A stretch of 64,000 nucleotides of DNA from Cyclobacteriaceae bacterium (GCA_947458475.1 CANGZP010000004.1:2947-66946); one strand, 5' to 3'; numbered from the stretch's first letter, positions 18,744 to 29,507 are shown. A program made the numbers and translations. The notes: generated by a model not told the origin, from the sequence alone.

Positions 18744-19967
18744 CTACCATTGAATTAGTTCCTGATTCCGAATGAGGTCTTCAAACGCCTCCCGCTTCCG
18801 GATTAGGTGCGCTTTCCCTTTCCATACGAGCACTTCGGCAGGGCGAAGTCGTGCGTTGTAATTGGAAGACATGGTAAAGCCATAGGCTCCAGCATTCTGG
18901 ATGACGAGGATATCTCCCTCTTTTACGGGTTGCAGCTGTCGTTGAGAGGCCAGCGTGTCTGTTTCACAAATGTATCCTACTACGGTATAGTTTGCAGTTG
19001 CTCCTTCGCGGTTGCTCAAGTTGTAGATGTCGTGGTAGGCATCGTACATCATGGGGCGGATGAGGTGATTTAGCCCGGAGTCTACCCCTACAAAATTCAA
19101 TGTTGGTGTTTCTTTGACTACAGTGGCTTGGACCAGTAAGTAACCGGCTTCGCTTACGATAAATTTGCCTGGCTCAATCCAAAGTTCGAGTTGACGTCCA
19201 TAGGTTTTGCAGAACTCTTGGAAGGCAGCACTCACGATGCGGCCGAGCTCGGGGATATCTGTAGCCTTGTCCTCTGAGCTATAGGCTACCTTGAATCCTC
19301 CTCCAAAGTCAAGGAATCTCAAGTCTGGAAACTGCATGGCTGCCTCAAATAATACGTTTCCACCTTTCAAAAACACAGCAGCATCGTAGATGTCAGAGCC
19401 TGTGTGGAGGTGTAATCCTGCTACGGGAATATGGTAGCGCTTGACCAATTCCAAGATTTGTGGGAGCTGTTCAATCGAAATCCCAAACTTACTTTCCTTG
19501 TGGCCAACTGAAATTTTCAAGTTTCCACCTGCAAGAATGTGCGGGTTGAGTCGGATGCAAATCGGAACGGTGCTGCCGTAGGTTTGTCCAAACTTTTCCA
19601 AAAGGGGAAGGCTATCCACATTGACCATGACGCCAATCTGTACGGCTTCTTGGATTTCAGCAAAGGAAACCCCGCTTGGGGTGTACATGATTTCCGCAGC
19701 AGTACTTCCTGCAAGGAGCCCAAGTTTAACTTCTTCAAGGGAAACAGCATCTAGTTCTGCGCCCGCATTTCGGATAAGGCTAAGCACGGAAAGGCTTGAA
19801 AGTGCCTTGGTAGCATATTTTATGCGGAGGGGAACTGCCGCAAAGGCAGTTTGAAGTGCTTGAATTTGGTGTACAATTTTTTCTCCATCGTACAGGTAAA
19901 GCGGTGTTCCAAATTCTTTGGCTAAGGCTTCTAGGGCAACACCTTGAATGTGCGTGGGTTTGTGCAC
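18744..19967 (-). CDS. lysA: Diaminopimelate decarboxylase
   Basis: YATKA PLP lysine; SKFG, HTGS, EPGK, ICETD, GAYG. Confidence 0.94.
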   Translation of the reverse strand: MHKPTHIQGVALEALAKEFGTPLYLYDGEKIVHQIQALQTAFAAVPLRIKYATKALSSLSVLSLIRNAGAELDAVSLEEVKLGLLAGSTAAEIMYTPSGVSFAEIQEAVQIGVMVNVDSLPLLEKFGQTYGSTVPICIRLNPHILAGGNLKISVGHKESKFGISIEQLPQILELVKRYHIPVAGLHLHTGSDIYDAAVFLKGGNVLFEAAMQFPDLRFLDFGGGFKVAYSSEDKATDIPELGRIVSAAFQEFCKTYGRQLELWIEPGKFIVSEAGYLLVQATVVKETPTLNFVGVDSGLNHLIRPMMYDAYHDIYNLSNREGATANYTVVGYICETDTLASQRQLQPVKEGDILVIQNAGAYGFTMSSNYNARLRPAEVLVWKGKAHLIRKREAFEDLIRNQELIQW

Positions 19968-20183
19968 GAGTGGAAGAGGTTAGGTTGAGGGGGCAAAAAT
20001 ACCGAAACAATAAAAAAGGAAGGCATATAACCTTCCTTTTTTTGGGTATGTAATTAGAAAACCAACAAATTCGTGCTGCTAGAATACGGGCAAAAAGGGG
20101 AATATGAAAGAAACTTCTTTCGATTGCTCGTTAAAACATGTTAATACGGGTTCCTTCCCCCGCTATCCGCTTAATTTTGTACC

Positions 20184-21905
20184 ATGTCCAAAAGCAATAT
20201 TACGTTGATAATTGTGTTGATGTCCCTAGCGAGCTTTGGCTTGATGGGCTTTCAGTACTATTGGATACGTAATGCCATTCGCATCAACAAGGAGCGCTTT
20301 GATCAGAACGCATTGCAAGCCATTGCCGAGACCGTAGCCGAACTGGAGAAAGGAGAAACCTCGGATGTGTTGCTTAGCAAGTTGATCAAGGATCCGGTCT
20401 TGAAAGAGACCATTTTCAAAAAGATTGATCCGATCGATTTGCAGATCAATACCAATCGGACCTACAGTCGCCCGTCTTTGGTAGACACCTTATTGTTGGC
20501 CCCGGTAGTGCCCCAGGTCAGCAGCACATTTCGTAGAATGTTGCAATCCAGAGGTTTGGATGCAACGATCTTATCTGAGCTGGAAAACTTTTTTGCCTAC
20601 ATGACACCGGAAGTGGCCTCTGCACTCTTTACGCCGGACGAAATGCAAATTCTTCTTCAAGAAAAAGAGCGGCAGCTGGAATATTTAAACCAAAAGCAAA
20701 GATTTGCCAGGGAGTCTGCTCGACCCTACACGGGGATAGTGCCTCAATTTGAAACCAAAGTAAATCTTTCGGATGATGCGCTGGACAAGATCAGGAAGAC
20801 CAACATCAAGATTGAGTTGATGAATCAGGCGTTTTCTGAGCTTGCAGAAGGACAGCAAGCGATTATGGATCGTCTGGATACTACACAATTGCGTAGGTTA
20901 TTGAAAAGGCAGTTTTTGGAGAAGGGAATTGCAGAGAACTTTGAGCTGGGAGTAAAATCCGAAGAAGAGGGAAAAATCATTCCTGTTGGGGAGATCTTAG
21001 ACCCACAGGTTTTGCTTCAAGAAGGGCTGCAGTCCAAGTTATTTCCCAATGATATTTTGGGCAATGACAACTTTATTTATGTGTATTTCCCTGAGAAAAG
21101 TAGCCACGTATTCCGGCAGGTTTGGCTTCCCATCTCCAGTTCCATTTTCTTTATTTTGGTCATCATTTTTTGTTTTTACTATGCGATTCGCATCATTTTG
21201 AGACAGAAGGCACTTTCTGATATCAAAAATGACTTTATCAACAACATGACCCATGAGTTCAAAACCCCACTTGCTACGGTAAGTTTGGCGGTGGAGGCCT
21301 TGCAAGACCCAGAATTAAGCAATCAAGACAAGTTTCGAACCCGCTACCTAGGGATTATCAAAGAGGAGAACAAGCGCTTGGTGGGTCAAGTAGAAAAAGT
21401 GCTGCAAGCGGCAGCATTGGATCGAAAAGAGTTTAGCCTCAAACTTGAATCCATCCATCTACCGGCAATGCTACAGGCCTGCATGGATCAGTTTGCGCTT
21501 CAGGTAGAAAACAGGGGAGGAAAATTGGAGTTTAGTGGGGAATTGGAAGACCCTTATATAATTGGTGACGTTTTCCATTTGACCCATTTATTCAATAACC
21601 TGTTGGACAATGCCAATAAATATTCTCCTTCCAACCCTAGGATCACGGTGGCCGTAAAAGAACTGGGTTCGGAAGTTCAAATCACCTTCCGAGATCAGGG
21701 AATAGGTATGAGCCGTGACGCGGTCAAAAAGATTTTCGACAAATTTTACCGGATTCCTACGGGTAATGTGCACGATGTCAAAGGGTTTGGACTGGGATTA
21801 TCGTATGTTAAAACCATGCTTGAGGCACATAAAGGAGATATTCAAGTTCAATCTGAACTTGGAAAAGGAAGTACCTTCACCATTAACCTACCTAAAAAAC
21901 AATGA
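20184..21905 (+). CDS. Membrane sensor histidine kinase (RprX-like)
   Basis: Two TM segments; THEFKTP H-box; NLLDNA, DQGIG, GFGLGL. Confidence 0.92.
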   Translation: MSKSNITLIIVLMSLASFGLMGFQYYWIRNAIRINKERFDQNALQAIAETVAELEKGETSDVLLSKLIKDPVLKETIFKKIDPIDLQINTNRTYSRPSLVDTLLLAPVVPQVSSTFRRMLQSRGLDATILSELENFFAYMTPEVASALFTPDEMQILLQEKERQLEYLNQKQRFARESARPYTGIVPQFETKVNLSDDALDKIRKTNIKIELMNQAFSELAEGQQAIMDRLDTTQLRRLLKRQFLEKGIAENFELGVKSEEEGKIIPVGEILDPQVLLQEGLQSKLFPNDILGNDNFIYVYFPEKSSHVFRQVWLPISSSIFFILVIIFCFYYAIRIILRQKALSDIKNDFINNMTHEFKTPLATVSLAVEALQDPELSNQDKFRTRYLGIIKEENKRLVGQVEKVLQAAALDRKEFSLKLESIHLPAMLQACMDQFALQVENRGGKLEFSGELEDPYIIGDVFHLTHLFNNLLDNANKYSPSNPRITVAVKELGSEVQITFRDQGIGMSRDAVKKIFDKFYRIPTGNVHDVKGFGLGLSYVKTMLEAHKGDIQVQSELGKGSTFTINLPKKQ

Positions 21906-22597
21906 GCAAGGCCAAACTATTAGTTGTAGAAGACGATCCAAACCTGGGTGAGATCTTGCAGGAGTACCTTGAGATGAAAGGGTATGACACCACGCTTTGC
22001 CGTGATGGGGAAGAGGGATGGAATAAGTTTAAAAAAGACAAGTTTGACTTATGTCTTCTCGATGTGATGATGCCCAAAAAGGATGGATTCACCTTGGCCA
22101 AAGAAATAAAGAAGGTGCAAGAAGATCAGCCTGTATTGTTTCTTACTGCCAAAAACCAAAAAGAGGATGTGATCGATGGCTTAAAAATCGGCGCAGACGA
22201 TTACCTCACCAAGCCCTTTAGCATGGAAGAGCTGTTGTTGCGGATTACAGCTGTCCTCAAGCGAACGCAAAGATCTTCGGTGGTAAGTCCTTTAAAAATC
22301 TATGCCTTTGGAGACTTTGTCCTGCACTACGATGAGCAATTCATTGAAGGGCCTTCTGGCAAACACAAGCTGACCTCTAAAGAGAATGAGTTGATCCGCC
22401 TCCTTGCATCAGAAATAAATAAGTTGGTTAACAGAAGCCATGCGCTCAAGCAAATCTGGGGAGATGACAGCTATTTCAATGCGCGTTCCATGGACGTGTA
22501 CTTGAGCAAAATCCGAAAGATTTTGAAAGATGATCCTCGAGTTCAAATCATCACCGTTCACGGGGAAGGCTTTAAACTGATTGTCGGAGACGCCTAA
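21902..22597 (+). CDS. OmpR-family response regulator (RprY-like)
   Basis: VEDD, LDVMMP, KPF receiver motifs and winged helix; overlaps the kinase stop by 4 bp. Confidence 0.92.
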   Translation: MSKAKLLVVEDDPNLGEILQEYLEMKGYDTTLCRDGEEGWNKFKKDKFDLCLLDVMMPKKDGFTLAKEIKKVQEDQPVLFLTAKNQKEDVIDGLKIGADDYLTKPFSMEELLLRITAVLKRTQRSSVVSPLKIYAFGDFVLHYDEQFIEGPSGKHKLTSKENELIRLLASEINKLVNRSHALKQIWGDDSYFNARSMDVYLSKIRKILKDDPRVQIITVHGEGFKLIVGDA

Positions 22598-22617
22598 TCT
22601 TCTTTGCTTCACTACAT

Positions 22618-22654
22618 AAAGTCCCCAGTATCAAGTTGATGCTGGGGACTTTTT
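22618..22654. terminator. Bidirectional terminator between convergent genes
   Basis: AAAGTCCCCAG...CTGGGGACTTTTT. Confidence 0.8.
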
Positions 22655-22666
22655 GATTTAGGGAGG

Positions 22667-23680
22667 TCAAATAAGTAGTTCGGCTCCGATGCCTGGACCT
22701 TCTGGAAAGTGTACTTCATCGGGAAAAATCCGCACGCCCTTGGCAGGGTCTTTGGCGAGGAGCATGGCCCCATCCATGTCCACATAATCCAAAAGGGGGG
22801 CAATATGTGCGATGGCGCTGATGCCAACGGAAGATTCGGTCATGCAACCCACCATGGTTTTCATTCCTAGGGCTTTGGCTTTTTGGATCATGCGCAGTGC
22901 AGGGGTAACGCCTCCAGCTTTGACCAACTTGATGTTTACCCCATGGAAGCGGCCCTGGCATTTTTCCACATCTGATTCGCTGATGCAACTTTCATCTGCA
23001 ATTACTGGAAGTTTGGATTGCGCAAAAACTTCGCGCATGCCTTCTAGATTGTCTTTTGCCAAAGGCTGTTCGATAAATTCTACGCCAAGAAGGGCAAGCT
23101 CTTCGGAATAGGAAATCGCTTGATCCACGGTCCATGCGCAATTGGCATCCACTCGAAATACGGAATCCGTGTTTTTTCGAAGTTCCCGTACAATCTCCAA
23201 ATCCTGATCCGTACCAAGCTTTATTTTGTAGATAGGCCATTCCACTTCTCGTAGTTTGGCGCACATTTTTTCTACCGTATCGATTCCAATGGTAAAGTTT
23301 GTGGTAGGGATGCTTTGCGGATTGAGATCGAGGTACTCGTACAGTTTTTTCCCCTGCTTCTTGGTATACAAGTCCCAAGCGGCTTGGTCAAGTGCACATT
23401 GCGCAAAGGGGTTGTCCCGAAAAATCTCCTTTCCAAGTTCCCACAATTCAGCAGGCGTATTCCATTTCCCACCCAAAAGGATCGGCTTGAATTTTTCTAG
23501 GGCTTCCTGCATGTTGTCCAAGGTAATGCCATAAAAAGGGTTGGTGGTAGACTCCCCAAGTCCGAAGAGACCGGTTTCTTCTAGCCTGACGATTAAGGTT
23601 TCCTGTACCTCTCGGCTTTGATGGGCTATGGTAAAGCGGTGTTTTAGGGGAAGGTCAAGGCCTTGGACATGCAAATTCAT
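22667..23680 (-). CDS. Dipeptide epimerase (L-Ala-D/L-Glu epimerase family, enolase superfamily)
   Basis: KIK, VDAN, EQP, ADES, NIKL and DMD motifs. Confidence 0.9.
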   Translation of the reverse strand: MNLHVQGLDLPLKHRFTIAHQSREVQETLIVRLEETGLFGLGESTTNPFYGITLDNMQEALEKFKPILLGGKWNTPAELWELGKEIFRDNPFAQCALDQAAWDLYTKKQGKKLYEYLDLNPQSIPTTNFTIGIDTVEKMCAKLREVEWPIYKIKLGTDQDLEIVRELRKNTDSVFRVDANCAWTVDQAISYSEELALLGVEFIEQPLAKDNLEGMREVFAQSKLPVIADESCISESDVEKCQGRFHGVNIKLVKAGGVTPALRMIQKAKALGMKTMVGCMTESSVGISAIAHIAPLLDYVDMDGAMLLAKDPAKGVRIFPDEVHFPEGPGIGAELLI

Positions 23681-23763
23681 GGCAAGATTTTTTTGGGTTT
23701 GACAAAAATAGAAGGAATTATTGCAGTCCTTTCCCTAGTTTTAGTTGAAAATCGTTTAAAAAT

Positions 23764-25251
23764 ATGGAGATACAGGTTGCTGCACTTAAAAGACACTTTT
23801 TGAGTCTTGCTTTTTTTCTTGGTTTGGGAATTGCGGGGGCTTGGGCCCAGACTGCTGTACCAAGACTTGAAATTTCAGCGTTAAAAAATGCCTTTGAAAC
23901 CTATCAGGAATCGGCAATTAAAGACAGGCGATTCACGCATGCGGATTTGCAGCCCTTGATCCAAAAGCATTCGGTCCAATTTGAGGTGAGCCCCTTGGGC
24001 AAGTCCGTTTTAGGAAAATCCATTTCCTCTTTAGACTGGGGTTCCGGTCAAACCAAGGTGATGCTGTGGTCGCAGATGCATGGCAACGAGAGCACGGCCA
24101 CGATGGCCTTGTTCGATCTATTCAATTTTCTAGAAGGAAAAGGAGATTCATACGATGCGGTCAGACAGCTGCTCAAATCCCAATTGCAGCTCAAATTTAT
24201 CCCCATGCTCAATCCCGATGGGGCTGATGCTTTCAAGCGGCGGAATGCCCTGGACATTGACCTGAACCGAGATGCCATTTCCCTCATTTCTCCTGAGGCG
24301 GTGGTTTTGAAAAAAGCGCGCGACGACTTTGAGCCTGAGTTTGGTTTCAACCTTCACGACCAGCAGATCTATTACAACGTGGTCAATACGCCCAAGCAGG
24401 CGACTATTTCGCTGCTTGCTCCGGCTTACAATGAGGCCACCGAGATCAATGAAGTTCGTGGAAGGGCCATGCAGACCATTGCCAGCATGAATCAACTCCT
24501 TCAAGCATTGATTCCTGGACAAGTTGGCAAATACGACGATGCATTTGAGCCACGTGCCTTTGGTGACAATATTCAGAAGTGGGGCACCAGTACGATTTTG
24601 ATTGAGTCAGGAGGATTGGTGGGAGACCCAGAAAAGCAAGAAGTGCGCAAGATCAATTTTATGTTGCTCTTGGATGCCTTGTACACCATCGCCACCCGTG
24701 GCTATACGCAATACACCACGGAACAGTATTTTGCTATTCCAGACAATGGAATTCAATTGATGGATTTGGTGATTAATGAGATGCAAGTTCCGGTAAATGG
24801 CACCTGGTATCCGGTAGATCTTGGCATCCGAAGAAGGGAGATCGAAGGCAAGTCGGGCTATTCTTTTGCGGGATCTGTAGAAGATCTTGGGGACATGCAG
24901 GTTTTCTTTGGACTAGAGACCTTAGATGCCACAGGGCTTCAGTACAAGGAAGGAAAAGTGTACCCCACGCCGTTTGAAACTGTAAAAGAGGTGAGCGTCG
25001 AAAAGGCGTTGGAACTCTTAGGCCAAGGATACTTGGCGATCCAAGTCAAAAAAGATACTGCGAGATCGCTACATGGACTTCCCTTGGTGGTTCTGAAGTC
25101 TGCAACTACCTATTCAGGAGGCTGGACTACAGGGGCTACTCCCAACTTCTTCTTAACCAAAGACGGTAAATACGAATATGCCCTGGTGAACGGGTACTTG
25201 ATTGACTTAGATAGAATTCCTAAGGAAAAATTCCGAAACCGAATCTATTGA
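23764..25251 (+). CDS. Secreted M14 zinc carboxypeptidase
   Basis: Signal peptide; HGNE, NPDG, DLNRD, NLHDQ. Confidence 0.85.
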   Translation: MEIQVAALKRHFLSLAFFLGLGIAGAWAQTAVPRLEISALKNAFETYQESAIKDRRFTHADLQPLIQKHSVQFEVSPLGKSVLGKSISSLDWGSGQTKVMLWSQMHGNESTATMALFDLFNFLEGKGDSYDAVRQLLKSQLQLKFIPMLNPDGADAFKRRNALDIDLNRDAISLISPEAVVLKKARDDFEPEFGFNLHDQQIYYNVVNTPKQATISLLAPAYNEATEINEVRGRAMQTIASMNQLLQALIPGQVGKYDDAFEPRAFGDNIQKWGTSTILIESGGLVGDPEKQEVRKINFMLLLDALYTIATRGYTQYTTEQYFAIPDNGIQLMDLVINEMQVPVNGTWYPVDLGIRRREIEGKSGYSFAGSVEDLGDMQVFFGLETLDATGLQYKEGKVYPTPFETVKEVSVEKALELLGQGYLAIQVKKDTARSLHGLPLVVLKSATTYSGGWTTGATPNFFLTKDGKYEYALVNGYLIDLDRIPKEKFRNRIY

Positions 25252-25278
25252 TACTTCAAACACCTAGTAACTCAATTC

Positions 25279-26190
25279 ATGAAAAGCAAAGAAAAGGGGG
25301 TTGGTCTCCATCCCAGAAACATCCATCAAGGCCGTTACGATCTTGTTGCGCTGGTGGAGACTTTGCCCGAATTAAGTCAAATTGTTTTTGACAATGATTA
25401 CGGACAGCAGAGCCTTGACTTTGCCAATCCCATCGCAGTAAAGCTGCTCAATAAAGCCCTTTTGCTTCATTACTATGAGTTGAGCTACTGGGATATTCCG
25501 GACGGATACCTCTGTCCTCCGATTCCCGGCAGAGCGGATTACTTGCATCATGTAGCAGACTTGCTGGCCAAGGATCATGGCAAAAAAATACCACTCGGGG
25601 AAGGAACTCAACTTCTAGACCTGGGCGTCGGTGCCAATTTGATTTATCCCATCTTGGGCACCTCCTTGTTTGGATGGAACTTTGTGGGTACTGAAATAGA
25701 CCTTCAAGCGCTTTCCAATGCGGCATCGCTTATTGCTGCCAATCCAAGAATGGAGGGCAAGGTATCCTTGAGATTCCAGTCAGATGCCCAGCGGATTTTT
25801 GATTCGGTGGTTGAAGCGGAAGATTTTTTTGAGGCCTGTATTTGCAATCCTCCTTTCCATGAATCTGCCGAAGTTGCACTTGAGGGAAGTAAGCGAAAAA
25901 TCAAAAACCTGAAAGGGCTGACAACTGCAAATCCAGTGTTAAATTTTGGAGGTCAGGTCACCGAGTTATGGACTGCTGGAGGGGAAATTGGATTTATTGG
26001 CCGAATGATTCAGGAAAGCGTGTCGATTCAAGAGCAGGTAGGCTGGTTTACGGTATTGGTTTCCAAGGCCACTCATCTTTCCTATTTCCAGGGACTACTT
26101 GAAAAAGTGGGAGTCAAGTCTCAACGGGTAATCGAAATGGGACAAGGAAACAAGCGGAGTCGAATCTTGGCTTGGAGTTTTCTCCGTTGA
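25279..26190 (+). CDS. rlmF: 23S rRNA m6A1618 methyltransferase
   Basis: LHPRN, LCPPIPGRADY, CNPPF, MGQGNK. Confidence 0.92.
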   Translation: MKSKEKGVGLHPRNIHQGRYDLVALVETLPELSQIVFDNDYGQQSLDFANPIAVKLLNKALLLHYYELSYWDIPDGYLCPPIPGRADYLHHVADLLAKDHGKKIPLGEGTQLLDLGVGANLIYPILGTSLFGWNFVGTEIDLQALSNAASLIAANPRMEGKVSLRFQSDAQRIFDSVVEAEDFFEACICNPPFHESAEVALEGSKRKIKNLKGLTTANPVLNFGGQVTELWTAGGEIGFIGRMIQESVSIQEQVGWFTVLVSKATHLSYFQGLLEKVGVKSQRVIEMGQGNKRSRILAWSFLR

Positions 26191-26208
26191 TCCTTTCGGA
26201 AAAAAGGG

Positions 26209-26357
26209 TTTCACGCAGATTTTCGCAGAAAAGGGAGCGCAGATTTTAGGAATAAAAAGAAGGGTATAGGCACCAATTGATCAGTGGTATTTTTCCTTTT
26301 AGATCAGCGTGAAAAAATTAATTACACAGATCTCCCATGTAAATCCGCGTGAAAAAA
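26209..26357. repeat. Degenerate REP-like inverted repeats (TTTCACGCAGATTT family)
   Basis: 26209-26222 versus inverted copies at 26301-26314 (12/14) and 26341-26354 (13/14). Confidence 0.6.
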
Positions 26358-26360
26358 AGA

Positions 26361-27482
26361 TTACTTTTTGGCCAGCCTGTGGAAAACTTCCAGGTACTGT
26401 TCTGTGACGCGATCCCATGAATATTTTTCAGTCAGGCCTTGACGCGCAGTTTTTCGAAGTGTATCCATTTGGAGGGGTTCAACTTCTGCCTGTTCAACCA
26501 GGGATTTTACTCCTTCGGTTGTTTTTTCAAAATACCACCCATGCTTCCCGTTTTGGAGCATTTCCTGGTTGAAGGGCGTGTTTAAGGCTAAAATAGCGCA
26601 TCCATAGCCGAGTGCTTTGAGCATGGCCGGGTTTGTTCCCCCAAATTCATGCCCATGAAAGTACGCGTAACAATGTGAATACAGGGAAGCGAGCACCAAC
26701 GGATCGGTTACGTAGCCGGTAAACAAGACCCGTGGCCCTTCTAACTGCTTTACTTGCTGTGCCCAGGCATCCGAAAAAGGAGCATCTCCTACCACCACGA
26801 GTGTTTTTTTGGATCCAGATTGTAGAAATCCAGAGATAATCAGGTCGGCATTGTTGTCGGGAATCAAGCGCCCTACAATGAGGTAATACTCTCGTGAGGA
26901 GAGGCCCCATTGCTGCAAGGAGTCATCGGATACATCATCCCTTGGGTTTGCCCCGTAGGCAATGACCACAGAATCTTTGTTGAAAAGTTCAAGGTATACC
27001 CTCCGCATCTCATCCGAATCGTTGATGATCTGGTCGAAGGATTGGGTTGCCATCTTGGAAGCCCACTTAAAATACCGAGACCCCCAACCCTTCCACTTGG
27101 GTCTGAGCCATTCAAGACCATCCACATTGATGGCGGTGGGCTTTCCAAACATCCGAGCGAGCCAACCGAAAGGGCCATTGCCCGAATTGACCACAAAAAT
27201 CACATCCACATCTGAGAAGCAAGCGTGCAGCATCGAAAAGAAGGTGTGGCTCAACTGGGTGAGGCTTTTGGTTTCGATCGCAGGGGTGTAAATACACTCA
27301 ATGCCATTCACAAATCGAGGTCGGGATGGAAATAAGTTGCGGTGGTTGTAAACCCGTACAGAGACCCCTTTCTCGACAAGTCGCTCGCCTAATTCTTTGA
27401 CCAAGGTGTCGTAACCCCCATACACATAAGGGTAGCCTTTGGCGCCCATGATGGCAACTTTTAGTTTTTTTGCTGCGGCCAT
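26361..27482 (-). CDS. GT4-like glycosyltransferase (DUF1972 type)
   Basis: GYPYVYGG, NVDGLEW, HGHEFGGTNP. Confidence 0.85.
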   Translation of the reverse strand: MAAAKKLKVAIMGAKGYPYVYGGYDTLVKELGERLVEKGVSVRVYNHRNLFPSRPRFVNGIECIYTPAIETKSLTQLSHTFFSMLHACFSDVDVIFVVNSGNGPFGWLARMFGKPTAINVDGLEWLRPKWKGWGSRYFKWASKMATQSFDQIINDSDEMRRVYLELFNKDSVVIAYGANPRDDVSDDSLQQWGLSSREYYLIVGRLIPDNNADLIISGFLQSGSKKTLVVVGDAPFSDAWAQQVKQLEGPRVLFTGYVTDPLVLASLYSHCYAYFHGHEFGGTNPAMLKALGYGCAILALNTPFNQEMLQNGKHGWYFEKTTEGVKSLVEQAEVEPLQMDTLRKTARQGLTEKYSWDRVTEQYLEVFHRLAKK

Positions 27483-28618
27483 AGCTGTGTGGATAACTTG
27501 GTTTGAAATGCTTCCAAACTGAACTCTTGGTGGACACGAGCTTGTCCTGCTGCTCCCATTTCCTTACCTAAGGAAGGATTAGCAAGTAATTTTTCCAAGG
27601 CATGTACTAAATCCGCTACCGATCCAATCGGGACTAGGAAGCCGGTAACCCCTTCTTCAATCATTTCCGAGGCGCCTCCAGATTGGGTGGCTACTACCGG
27701 TGTACCGGAGGCCATGGCCTCCAAGATGACTGTGGGAAAGGAGTCTGGAAGAATGGAAGGCAACACAAATACAGAAAGTGAGGCCATAATCTCTGGAATG
27801 TCTTCGCGAAAGCCTAGGTAGCTCACCCGGTCGCTTAGCCCGAGTTCTCGGATTAAATCCTTCAGTTGGTCCAGTAAGGGTTCGTAGGAGGCAAAGGGAT
27901 CTCCTACCAACACAAAATGTGCTTCGGGAAAAGATTTGGCTAGTTTTTGAGCTGCTTCAAGGAAGAAAAACTGCCCCTTTCCAGGATTAATTCGACCAAC
28001 CATCCCCACGATTTGGCTGTTTTCTGGGAGTCCTAATTCCTGTTTTAGCTTCGGTTTAGCTTGTGTAAATGAATCGTAAGGGAGCCCATTGTGGATAACT
28101 TTAAGTTTGGCTTTTTTGACATGGGCTTGCCAGTGGCTTGCTACGGCCTGAGATACGGCAATAGGGTTTGGACCGCTGTAATCCATGAGCCAACTCAAGC
28201 CACGAACGAGCGGGCTCGGCCCCAATACGATTTCATGGACATGCCATTGGTGTGGAATGCCGTTTTGCTTCGCCCAGAGGGCGCCAACTACTACGGCTAG
28301 GGTATTGGAATAGACTAGTTCAAAGTGGTGCGTAGCATGAAGACGAGACAAAAAGCGGGAAGCGGCCCAGAGTTTTTGCAACCGATTGAGTAATCCGAAA
28401 ACACTTAGGTATTTGCGTCTTAGGATTCCTAAGTTTTGTACAAAATAGGGAACATCCAACTTGTTTAATTCCTCCTCAAGTGGACCGTGATTGGTAAGGA
28501 TTACCAGGGGATGATCGCCATGCTGCTGAACTAATCGAAGGACTTGGAGCAAGATTTTTGCTGACCCATAGCCTTCAGAAGAGCTTTGTAGAAAAAGTAT
28601 GTTTCTAGACTTAGGCAT
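27461..28618 (-). CDS. GT4 glycosyltransferase (start moved to ATG 28618)
   Basis: GRINPGKG; DSFPTVILEAMA; start overlaps the upstream stop. Confidence 0.88.
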   Translation of the reverse strand: MPKSRNILFLQSSSEGYGSAKILLQVLRLVQQHGDHPLVILTNHGPLEEELNKLDVPYFVQNLGILRRKYLSVFGLLNRLQKLWAASRFLSRLHATHHFELVYSNTLAVVVGALWAKQNGIPHQWHVHEIVLGPSPLVRGLSWLMDYSGPNPIAVSQAVASHWQAHVKKAKLKVIHNGLPYDSFTQAKPKLKQELGLPENSQIVGMVGRINPGKGQFFFLEAAQKLAKSFPEAHFVLVGDPFASYEPLLDQLKDLIRELGLSDRVSYLGFREDIPEIMASLSVFVLPSILPDSFPTVILEAMASGTPVVATQSGGASEMIEEGVTGFLVPIGSVADLVHALEKLLANPSLGKEMGAAGQARVHQEFSLEAFQTKLSTQLWPQQKN

Positions 28619-29507
28619 GCTTTCGGTAATATACACCACAAATCCCTGATTTTCCCTTCCAGGAAGAGAGGCGTTCAAGGGTCCATGCAAGTGGTAGGAA
28701 AGCAACAATTACTCCAATTAATCCCAAGCTTTTCTTTCTTTTCAGGCGCAACACTAGGTTTTCGCGGTAGCCCACTCGACTAAGTAGGGCCTGAAGCATG
28801 CCTAGTACGCCAAGATGGATGGAGAAACTTCTTTCCCCAACCTTGGAGAACCCCAAGCTCTCCAATTGCGCGGTCAATACGGGTTCGGTCCAATGGCTAA
28901 GGTGCTTGGGAATGTCCCAGTGCATCCAGGCATCTCCTGCGATTTGTGCTTGCCAAGAATCCGCTCGAGGCACCTCTACATAGAGCAAGCCTCCTTGAAT
29001 CAGGTTGTGCTCAAGCAATTCCCGGAGCAAAGGCATGGGTTCAGGCAAGTGTTCCAAGACATGGTTTAGGCTAATTAGGTCAACCGGAGATTCGCCAATA
29101 AGGCCGGTCTCGTAGTAGGAGATTTGCACCTCCACTCCGTACTTTTCTCTGGCAAATTCCCCACGAGCCGCTTCGGTTTCGATGCCGACTCCCTGCCAGC
29201 CTAGGCTTTTTGCCACGGCCAAAAATTGCCCTTTTCCGGAGCCAAAGTCAAGCAATCGGTCTGCACTTGGCAGAATTTCTTTTGCCTGCTTTAAGATGGC
29301 GCGCGATTCAGAAAAAATGATTTTTTCAAAGATGGACTTTCGATTATCCACCACGGCATAGACTTCATCTCGGTACAAGGCTGCCACATCAATTACTTCG
29401 GGGAGATAGGTCCAAGAGACCTCACAGGAGGAACAAGCGATCCGACTGCCAGAAGCGGATGGGGAATTTGGGGGAGTTTGACAAACCGGACAGTGGAGTT
29501 GCCGCAT
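28611..29507 (-). CDS. Class I SAM-dependent methyltransferase
   Basis: LDFGSGKG, HVLEHL; N-terminal CxxC...CxxC. Confidence 0.85.
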   Translation of the reverse strand: MRQLHCPVCQTPPNSPSASGSRIACSSCEVSWTYLPEVIDVAALYRDEVYAVVDNRKSIFEKIIFSESRAILKQAKEILPSADRLLDFGSGKGQFLAVAKSLGWQGVGIETEAARGEFAREKYGVEVQISYYETGLIGESPVDLISLNHVLEHLPEPMPLLRELLEHNLIQGGLLYVEVPRADSWQAQIAGDAWMHWDIPKHLSHWTEPVLTAQLESLGFSKVGERSFSIHLGVLGMLQALLSRVGYRENLVLRLKRKKSLGLIGVIVAFLPLAWTLERLSSWKGKSGICGVYYRKHA

